From Chthoniobacteraceae bacterium (GTDB taxonomy: Bacteria > Verrucomicrobiota > Verrucomicrobiia > Chthoniobacterales > Chthoniobacteraceae): 32,431 bases of DNA. The position numbers were made by a program, and so were the translations under genes. Below the pieces are notes generated by a model. The model searched no databases. It was not told where the DNA came from and saw nothing but the letters and a program-made list of their open reading frames with translations. Positions within the stretch are counted from its first letter, which is position 1. The number at the start of each line of letters is the position of its first letter. The stretch lies in NCBI GenBank assembly GCA_031409655.1, contig JANNXQ010000188.1, positions 1 to 32,431 of the forward strand. Reading direction: 5' to 3'. Shown here in pieces: positions 25,723 through 32,431 of the stretch.

Positions 25723-26111
25723 CGCAGGAGCGCCGCGATCTTCGGCCCGAAGACGATCCCCCCGACGATCGCCGCACCGATCGCCGCCGCGAGCACCGCG
25801 CCGGCCGCCGCGTCCTTGGCTTTGCCCGCGAGCGGGTGCTCCTCCGGCGAGACGAGATCGACGAGGAACTCGATCGCCGTATTGGCCGCCTCCGCCGTCC
25901 AGACGAGCGCGATCACGGCCACGATCGCCGCCCACTCGCCCGCCGAAAGCTGCAGCCACCATCCCGCGCCGCAGACCACGACCGTGGCCACTGCGTGAAT
26001 CCGCGCATTCATCTGCGAACGCAGGACCGACCCCAGCCCGCGAAAAGCATCCGCGAAACTGTGCAGGCGCGCCTTCCCCCAACCGTGATGGGCAAAGCGG
26101 CGCTCCCTCAT
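25719..26111 (-). CDS. dgkA: Prokaryotic diacylglycerol/undecaprenol kinase family protein
   Basis: SFADAFRGL, NARIH, EAANTAIEFLVDLVSPE.HPLAGKAKDAAAGAV. Confidence 0.88.
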   Translation of the reverse strand: MRERRFAHHGWGKARLHSFADAFRGLGSVLRSQMNARIHAVATVVVCGAGWWLQLSAGEWAAIVAVIALVWTAEAANTAIEFLVDLVSPEEHPLAGKAKDAAAGAVLAAAIGAAIVGGIVFGPKIAALLR

Positions 26112-26126
26112 GCCCCGGAACTCCGG

Positions 26127-26291
26127 CTAGTGCTTGGCCGCCTCGGGCGCAGCCTTTTCGCCTGGGGCGGCCGCGTCCTTCTTCGATTCACCGTGCTCCT
26201 GGAATTCCGCAGGCAGCTTATCCTTCTTGTGCTGCTCACAGGCAGTGAATCCAAGGATGGCGACAGCGAAGAGGACGAAAAGTCGTTTCAT
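26127..26291 (-). CDS. Small lipoprotein (54 aa; not in ORF track)
   Basis: MKRLFVLFAVAILGFTA-CEQHKKDKLPAEFQEHGESKKDAAAPGEKAAPEAAKH*. Basic N-terminus, hydrophobic core and lipobox. Lies between queD and dgkA on the same strand. Confidence 0.8.
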   Translation of the reverse strand: MKRLFVLFAVAILGFTACEQHKKDKLPAEFQEHGESKKDAAAPGEKAAPEAAKH

Positions 26292-26349
26292 AAGAGCGGG
26301 GGACGCTAGCGGCGCGTCCCGCGGTTGCCAATCGTCGATTGCCGGTTTT

Positions 26350-26712
26350 CTACTCCCCGCGATAGCTGCACCGCGCCGTCGGCGTCTCGTGGATCACGAT
26401 CTCGCTGAGGCCCGGACATTGCGGCGCGAGCTTCGCCCAAAACCACGCGGCCATATTTTCGATCGTGGGATTCTCCATCCCAGCGATCTCATTCAGGTAG
26501 GAATGGTCGAGCATTTCCACCAACGGGCGCATCGCTTTGCCGATGATCGCATGATCGTAAAACCACCCTGTCGCGGGATCGACTTCACCCTCCACCGATA
26601 CCTCGATCTTGAAACTGTGCCCGTGCATTTTCCGGCACTTGTGACCCTCCGGCGCGTTGGGCAGAGTTTGGGCAGCTTCGAAGGTGAAATCTTTGGTCAG
26701 GCGGACTTTCAT
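26350..26712 (-). CDS. queD: 6-carboxy-5,6,7,8-tetrahydropterin synthase
   Basis: FTFEAA..LP, CRKMHGHS, LDHSYLN, NPTIEN, ET. Adjacent to queE. Confidence 0.92.
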   Translation of the reverse strand: MKVRLTKDFTFEAAQTLPNAPEGHKCRKMHGHSFKIEVSVEGEVDPATGWFYDHAIIGKAMRPLVEMLDHSYLNEIAGMENPTIENMAAWFWAKLAPQCPGLSEIVIHETPTARCSYRGE

Positions 26713-26765
26713 GGTGGCGGCAGGCGCGCGCGGAGTGTCAGGCCCCACGGGGCAATTCGCAATCC

Positions 26766-27416
26766 TTACACGCCGCGGGCCCGCGGCTCCCAGATGAACT
26801 TGTGCATCTGGAGCTGAAAGCGCACCGGGAGTTTGTCCGCCACGATCCACTCCACGATCTCCCGCGGTTCGATCCGACCGAAGATGGGCGAGAAAAGCAC
26901 TCCCCCGCAGCGGTTCGTGAGATCGTGCTCGCGGACCTTTTCGCGCGACCACTCGTAATCCTCGCGCGAGCCGATCACACACTTCACTTCGTCCCGCTTC
27001 GCGAGGTGCGGGATGTTGCTCCAGAGATTGCGCGCGCATTCGCCGCTGCCGGGCGTCTTCAGATCCATGATGCGATGCACACGCGGGTCGATGAGCGAAA
27101 TATCATGCGCGCCGCTCGTCTCGATGAGCACGGTGCGGCCGGCGTCGCAGAGCGCGGTCATCAGGGGGTGCACATTCCTTTGGAGCAAAGGTTCGCCGCC
27201 AGTGATTTCGACGAGCGGACATTCCGTCGCGAGCACCTCCGTGAGGATCTCCGGCAGCGCGCGCTTCTTCCCTTCGTAAAAAGCGTACTCCGTGTCGCAG
27301 TAAGTGCAGCGGAGATCGCAGGCGGTGAGCCGCACGAAGACGCAGCGCCACCCCGCCCAAGAGCTTTCGCCCTGAATGGATTCGTAGATTTCGTTGATCT
27401 TCAGCATCGGAGTCAT
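26766..27416 (-). CDS. queE: 7-carboxy-7-deazaguanine synthase (radical SAM)
   Basis: INEIYESIQGE, FVRLTACDLRCTYCDT (CxxxCxxC), TGGEPL, IETSG, QLQMHK. Confidence 0.93.
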   Translation of the reverse strand: MTPMLKINEIYESIQGESSWAGWRCVFVRLTACDLRCTYCDTEYAFYEGKKRALPEILTEVLATECPLVEITGGEPLLQRNVHPLMTALCDAGRTVLIETSGAHDISLIDPRVHRIMDLKTPGSGECARNLWSNIPHLAKRDEVKCVIGSREDYEWSREKVREHDLTNRCGGVLFSPIFGRIEPREIVEWIVADKLPVRFQLQMHKFIWEPRARGV

Positions 27417-27508
27417 CGGCAGTGTCGGACGGGACGATGGACTAATGGACTGGCGGCAGCCAGCGGCTTCCGCTACACGGACGCGCTCCTTTTCCTCACT
27501 CGACTCCC

Positions 27509-28312
27509 ATGCCCAATCGCATCGATCAGAAATTCGCCGACCTCCGCGCCTCCGGGCGCAAGGCGCTCGTGGCCTACATCTCCGCCGGCGACCCCAATCT
27601 CGACGCCACGCGCGAGCTGGCCTGGGCCTTTGAGAAGGCCGGCGTGGACGTGCTCGAACTCGGCGTGCCTTTCTCCGATCCCCTCGCCGACGGCATCGTG
27701 AATCAACTCGCCGCCACGCGCGCGCTCGCCGCCGGCACCACCGTGCACGGCGTCCTCGATTGCGTGCGCGCGATCCGCGAGCGCTCCCAACTTCCCGTCG
27801 TACTCTACACCTACATGAACCCGATCTATCGCTACGGCTTCGCGGAGTTCCATCGCGCTGCGGAAGCGGCGGGAGTGGACGGCCTCCTCATCCTGGATCT
27901 TCCGCCCGATGAGGACGCGCAGAATTCCGAACTCGCGCAGCAGACCGGCCTCAAGCGCATCCGCCTCATCGCGCCGACGACGCCCCCCGCGCGCATCGCC
28001 CAGCTCACTGCTGGCGCGAGCGGCTTCATCTACTATGTCTCGCGGGAAGGGGTCACTGGCGAGCAAACCGAGATCGCGACTTCCCTGGGAGAACGCGTCG
28101 CCGCGATCCGTGCGACCACCGACCTGCCCATCGCCGTCGGCTTCGGCATCTCGAATCCCGAGCACGTCCGCCAGGTCGCCGCTCACGCGGACGGCATCGT
28201 CGTCGGCAGCGCGATCGTGAAGCGCATCGCCGAGTTCGGAAAAGACCCGGATCTCGTGGCGAAGCTCAGCGACTTCGTCCGCCCGCTCGCCGACGCCGCG
28301 CACGGCGTATAG
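27509..28312 (+). CDS. trpA: Tryptophan synthase alpha chain
   Basis: YISAGDP, LELGVPFSDPLADG, YMNP, DLPP, LIAPTT, YYVSREGVTG, VGFGIS, VGSAIV. Confidence 0.97.
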   Translation: MPNRIDQKFADLRASGRKALVAYISAGDPNLDATRELAWAFEKAGVDVLELGVPFSDPLADGIVNQLAATRALAAGTTVHGVLDCVRAIRERSQLPVVLYTYMNPIYRYGFAEFHRAAEAAGVDGLLILDLPPDEDAQNSELAQQTGLKRIRLIAPTTPPARIAQLTAGASGFIYYVSREGVTGEQTEIATSLGERVAAIRATTDLPIAVGFGISNPEHVRQVAAHADGIVVGSAIVKRIAEFGKDPDLVAKLSDFVRPLADAAHGV

Positions 28313-28350
28313 GAAGAGCGAAAGCGCACGGCTCGGAGTTTCCGGAGAGC

Positions 28351-28390
28351 ATCCGCGTCTCGCGGGTTGGTTTCGGCGTCCCGCCGAAAC
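28351..28390. repeat. Tandem GC-rich hairpins (REP-like)
   Basis: ATCCGCG-TCT-CGCGGGT (28351-28367) and a perfect 9-bp stem GTTTCGGCG-TCC-CGCCGAAAC (28370-28390), downstream of trpA. Confidence 0.65.
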
Positions 28391-28505
28391 GGACTTTCCG
28401 CCGGGTGTCGGAAATCCACAAATCCTCCGATTGCCCACGGGATCGGGAAGGAATGGCACTCAGATAAGCCCTCATCGCCCCGTGCGCGGTCGGGTACAAA
28501 GTGCC

Positions 28506-28785
28506 ATGGCAGTAGTTTCGCCATGGGATCAGAAGAGGCATCGGGTGGTGGCAGCGAAGGCTTGGGAGCACATGGATGCAGACACGCGGACAAAAGCGGT
28601 GGCGCTCTTGCGCGGGGCGCCGGGGGATGCGGATTTGCTCGCGAAGGATGCGGGATCGGGCGCTATTCCTTCGGGCTTCGATCTGGTCGCCCATCGTGCG
28701 GGCGACCAATCATCCGGCGCAACGGAGGAAGTATCATCAAGGACCGTGGCCTGACGTGAATATCCTCTGGCAGGAGCGCGGGTGA
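28506..28785 (+). pseudogene. Probable S1/P1 nuclease 5' remnant (frameshifted, truncated)
   Basis: One frame reads WDQKRHRVVAAKAWEHMDADTRTKAVALL (cf. W-xxx-GH-xx-VA-x-IA). The next frame reads LFLRASIWSPIVR...KYHQGPWPDVN (cf. AxxWPDxxR...WHYxN). Confidence 0.55.
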
Positions 28786-28898
28786 AAGTAGTCCGGAGCT
28801 TCAGCTCGTAGAACCGTCTTAAGTCTGAAAGGCGTTCGCAGTGAAAACGCAGGCCAACCGGCATCGGCCACCGGACGGGCTAAAGCCCCGAACTACTT
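28786..28898. repeat. Inverted pair of GTAG-footed REP-like sequences (REPIN-like)
   Basis: GTAGTCCGGAGCTTCAGCTCGT (28788-28809) versus the reverse complement of 28875-28896, GTAGTTCGGGGCTTTAGCCCGT. 18 of 22 positions are identical and all differences are transitions. Confidence 0.75.
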
Positions 28899-29069
28899 GC
28901 GCCAAAGGGAGCCAAGACTGGTTGCCGGCACCGCGAGTGTGGAATTGATGTCTCGGCGGTGACGAACCGCGCGCTCAATTTTGCCCAGCCCATGACACGC
29001 TCCTCCCTGCTCACCGCGACGGGCAGGGCTGCGAGCGGCTTTTCGGTCAATGATTCCCCCTCTCATCCC

Positions 29070-30509
29070 ATGAAACTCCTTCCTCTTCTCCTCGCCCTCA
29101 CCGGTCTTGGCATCGCCTCCACGTACGTCGCCGAGGCGACGAAGCCAAACGTCCTCTTCATCCTCGTGGACGACTTCGGCGCGCGCGATCTTGGCTGCTA
29201 TGGCTCGACGCTTTACGAGACGCCCCACATGGATCGGCTCGCGCAATCGGGCGCGCGCTTCACGCAGGCTTACGTGGCGTATCCGCGCTGCGTGCCATCG
29301 CGCTTTGCCATGCTCACTGGCCGGCATCCAGCGCGTGCGCAGGGAGTGAAAGACAGTCCGCACGTCGAACCCGGACGCGACATCGCCATCGGTCAGCCCT
29401 TCCAGGAAGCGGGCTACGCGACCTTCTATTGCGGGAAGTGGCACCTCGGCGCGGGCGCGTCGAGCCCGGACAAGGTCGGCTTTGGCACCACCTTCGCCGC
29501 CGGTGCGGCGGGGGCCACGAAGTCGCACTTCGCGCCTTACAACACGCCGCGCCGCAAAGGGTGCGGCGGTGGCGGCGATGAGAAGGATGACATCGTCGGT
29601 CTCGAGGATGCGCCGCCGGACGAATACCTCACCGACCGCCTCACGCAGGAGACGATGAAATTCATCGAGGCAAACTAGGCGCAGCCCTTCTTCGCGGTGC
29701 TCGCGCACTACGCGGTCCACACGCCCATCGAGGCGAAGCCCGACCTCGCCAAACGCTACCAGGCGAAGCTCGACGCGACGCCGAAGGCCGCGGTCGAGTT
29801 TGAGAAAGAAAGCGCGGGCGAAAACCTCCTCGTGCAAAACAACGCGACCTATGCAGCGATGATCGAGAGCGTGGATCACGGCCTCGGACGTCTGCTCGAT
29901 CAACTCCGGCAACTCGGCGTCGAGGAACGCACCATCGTCGTGCTCGCGAGCGATCACGGCGGACTCTCCACGCGCGGCGGCAAACGCGAAGTCGCGACCT
30001 CGAACCGTCCGCTGCGCGCCGGCAAAGGTCATCTCTACGAAGACGGCCTGCGCATCCCACTCCTCGTCCGCTGGCCCGGCCATGCGCCCGCCGGCAGCGA
30101 AATCGCCGCGCCGGTCAGCTCGCTCGATTTGTTCCCGACCTTCCTCGAGATGACGCTGCTCGCGCAGCCCGCGGCTTTCCACGGTGACGGACCGAGTCTC
30201 GCCGGCTTGCTCGCGGGCCAGGCCGCACCAGCGCGCGACGCCTTCTACTGGCACAATCCCGCGCCGCGTCCCGCGAGCACCGCCGACCTGTTCTCGTCCG
30301 CCATTCGCGTGGGCGATTTGAAGCTGATCGAATTCCCCGAGGAAAAACGCGTCGGCCTTTACGAGCTTGCGAGCGATCCCGGTGAATCGAAGAACTTCGC
30401 CGAGCAACGCCCCGCCGACACGCAGCGCCTGCTCGCGAAACTCAACGAGTGGCGCGAGTCCGTCAGCGCCTCGACGCAGCCGAAGTTGCCGAAGAAGGCC
30501 GCGCGCTGA
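29070..30509 (+). pseudogene. Exported Cys-type (formylglycine) sulfatase interrupted by one in-frame TAG at 29676-29678
   Basis: Signal peptide, PNVLFILVDD, CVPSR..MLTG, GKWHLG, then FIEAN*AQPFFAVLAHYAVHTP in the same frame, SDHGG, LYEDGLRIP, LYELASDPGE. Confidence 0.85.
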
Positions 30510-30896
30510 TGCCATCCCGGATCATCGCGCGCTAGGTCGATCTGCGAAAAGTGGTCGTGAGAGGGAGGGCTCAGATCGTGCAGACGTGCAGAATCCAGTT
30601 CTTGCACGTATGCACGGACCGACCCCTTTGTCCTTTGTTCTCAAGTCCTCGACTTGGCAACGAAGGCGGAAAAGTGGATCGATCAGTCAAGAATTGTCGC
30701 CTGACCCCTACGTCCCCTGGTCGGGCTCGCGGGCTCGGCTGGCTGGAGAAAAAGGCGGGAGCGCAGTGAGGCAGCACCATCCAAACACGAACCATGCGTT
30801 TCGCGGCTGTTTGCTGAGAGCTCCGAGAGCGATGAAACCGAATCACACACTTTCAAACAGTCACCGCACATGCCAACAGTTACGTGCCCTGTCCCG

Positions 30897-32431
30897 ATGA
30901 AGATCAAATCCATCGCCTTTGCCCTTATCCTCGGCGTCCTCCCAGCGGCGTTTGCCGCCAACCCGGCGGATCTCTACACGCGCATAGGCACCGACCTCAC
31001 CCCGGCCGAACTCGTGGCAAACGGCACGATCGTGTTCGGCGAGACCTTCAGCACACGCACCGTGCGCGGCTCACAGATCAACGTGAACAATGCACTGCTG
31101 GATCAGCAGACCGGCGTGCTCGGCGCTTTTTCGAGCATCTACGGCGTCCACATCCCGGTCAGCGGACGGCGCACGGATTACGCTAACATCACGCGCTGGT
31201 ATCAGCAGGACGGCAACGTCCAGATCTTCCGCCTCTTCCAGGGCGAGAATAACTACCGCTACGACATCCCCGCAGACGCTCCGCCGTCCCGGGTCGAAGC
31301 CATTTCGCCCACCCTGACGGTCGCAGCCGGCACTTATCGCGTGTGGGAAGGCACATACACGATCATCGATCCGCTAGGTGGCAACATCTTCCAATTGTTT
31401 CACGCCGGCTCGGACCTTTGGAGCTTCCACATCGACATGTCCAGCTCGGGCGATTTCACCTTCCTCCGCCGCAATTCCGTCCTGGGCTTGCCGGATCAAA
31501 TCACGATCGCCGAGAACATGGTGGGCAAATCCATCGCCTTCAAGGTCCGCGCCAACGGTTACAACTACGAGGTCTTCAAAAAGATTCCGCTCGTGGACGC
31601 GGATTGGATTCTGGTGACCATCGGCCAATACCAACAGTCGCCGACCAACCAGGTCATCTTTCGCTGGGGCATCTATCCCGGCTCGCAACCGGGGACGACC
31701 AGCAATGACGGCCTGCTCTTCGTCAGCGGAGCCAGGACCAGCGTCTCGACCGATCCCCCGGTTCCCCCGCCCGCCACCTACTACTGGGACAACAACGGCA
31801 CCAATGCCGGCTTCGGCACGGCGGCGGGCATGTGGGCCGCGCCCACCGCCGGCAACGCGACCCGAGGCTGGAGCACCAATGAAACCGGCACGACGGAGCC
31901 GGTGAGCGTCACCACTACCATGTTCGATACGGTCAACTTCGGCAGCAACGCGACGGGCCTTGCCACCGGAACCATTTCGGTTTCGGGCACGGTGGTTTCC
32001 GGCAACATGGCCTTCGCGGCAGGCACCGGTGCCATCACGTTCGACGGCGGCACCATCACAATGCCCGCGGAAACGACCATCACCCTGGCGGGCAGCGCCG
32101 TGCGCACGATCAATTCAGTGATCGGCGGCGCGACCGACGGTTTCACGGTGGCTGGCACCGGCACCCTGGTCCTGAACGGTCTCAACACGTTCAGCGGCCC
32201 GATGGTCATCGGCAACAACGTCAACAACATCACGGTTAGCATCAACAGCATCGCGGATTACGGAGTCGGCGCACCCGCCTCTTCCCTCGGCGCGCCGACC
32301 AGCGCGGCCAATGGACTGATCCAGCTTGGCTCGGGTTCCCGGTCCGGAATCTTGGAATTCATCAACGCCAGTGCCGCTGCCTCCACGACTCGTCAGGTGC
32401 AAATTGGATCCGACTCCAACGGTTCCGGCAC
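30897..32431 (+). CDS. Large secreted protein, partial (open to window end): putative beta-jelly-roll polysaccharide-lyase-like domain, Pro linker, autotransporter-associated beta-strand repeat region
   Basis: Translated by hand, with no stop in 511 codons. Signal peptide MKIKSIAFALILGVLPAAFA; SRVEA / IFQLFH / FRWGIY; DPPVPPPA; YYWDNNG; GTGTLVLNGLNTFSG. Confidence 0.85.
   Translation, partial: MKIKSIAFALILGVLPAAFAANPADLYTRIGTDLTPAELVANGTIVFGETFSTRTVRGSQINVNNALLDQQTGVLGAFSSIYGVHIPVSGRRTDYANITRWYQQDGNVQIFRLFQGENNYRYDIPADAPPSRVEAISPTLTVAAGTYRVWEGTYTIIDPLGGNIFQLFHAGSDLWSFHIDMSSSGDFTFLRRNSVLGLPDQITIAENMVGKSIAFKVRANGYNYEVFKKIPLVDADWILVTIGQYQQSPTNQVIFRWGIYPGSQPGTTSNDGLLFVSGARTSVSTDPPVPPPATYYWDNNGTNAGFGTAAGMWAAPTAGNATRGWSTNETGTTEPVSVTTTMFDTVNFGSNATGLATGTISVSGTVVSGNMAFAAGTGAITFDGGTITMPAETTITLAGSAVRTINSVIGGATDGFTVAGTGTLVLNGLNTFSGPMVIGNNVNNITVSINSIADYGVGAPASSLGAPTSAANGLIQLGSGSRSGILEFINASAAASTTRQVQIGSDSNGSG

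Noticed and set aside
26350..27416. queD/queE as part of a 7-deazaguanine DNA-modification (dpd) defence island
   Set aside because: No dpdA/tgt-like, helicase or other dpd genes are nearby. The context is housekeeping, so tRNA queuosine synthesis is the simpler reading.
27417..27508. preQ1 riboswitch upstream of queE
   Set aside because: No recognisable preQ1 stem-loop or A-rich tail on the minus strand. The region is short and shared with the divergent trpA.
27509..28312. Stand-alone trpA as a novel function
   Set aside because: The catalytic motifs look canonical, and scattered trp genes are common outside operon-rich lineages.
29676..29678. Genetic-code reassignment or pyrrolysine at the sulfatase TAG
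   Set aside because: TAG ends several clearly complete genes in this window (e.g. the prenyltransferase, nucleotidyltransferase, moxR, trpA), and no pyl genes are visible.
30510..30896. ncRNA or small ORFs in the lower-GC gap before the secreted protein
   Set aside because: No recognisable RNA motif, and the ORFs lack coding-like composition. It is probably a promoter region, but I cannot place the elements.

Overview
High-GC bacterial chromosomal window. Gene content, the lack of obvious Shine-Dalgarno sites, the LEPR-XLL-like protein and the intergenic repeat style suggest the PVC group, probably Verrucomicrobiota/Chthoniobacter-like (inference). Left to right it holds: a decayed IS4-family transposase carrying two tiny REP-like insertions; an MBL-fold/secreted protein/UbiA-MqnP prenyltransferase operon; a core methionine-synthase-like gene, Lrp, class I/II aminotransferase and nucleotidyltransferase; a pilM-pilN-pilO-like cluster; a CPBP protease; an atypical receiver-DUF4388 protein; YceH; DUF1080; a 7-bladed FG-GAP surface protein with a TIGR03032 neighbour; pfkA; MoxR-DUF58-transglutaminase-lipoprotein; a Tm-1-like/UPF0261 protein; dgkA-like; queD; queE; trpA; a REP-flanked S1/P1 nuclease remnant; a sulfatase split by one in-frame TAG; and a large secreted protein running off the right edge (putative jelly-roll polysaccharide lyase plus passenger repeats). 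Four intergenic palindromes are built from tandem short repeats. Three probable genes are missing from the ORF track (11209-11382, 26127-26291, 30897-end). No CRISPR, tRNA or rRNA was seen. I cannot demonstrate a wholly new system. The best candidates are the lyase-passenger fusion beside the sulfatase, the REP micro-insertions with GC duplications, the heptamer palindromes, and the FG-GAP/TIGR03032 pair. All family calls come from motif recognition by eye, not from database searches.
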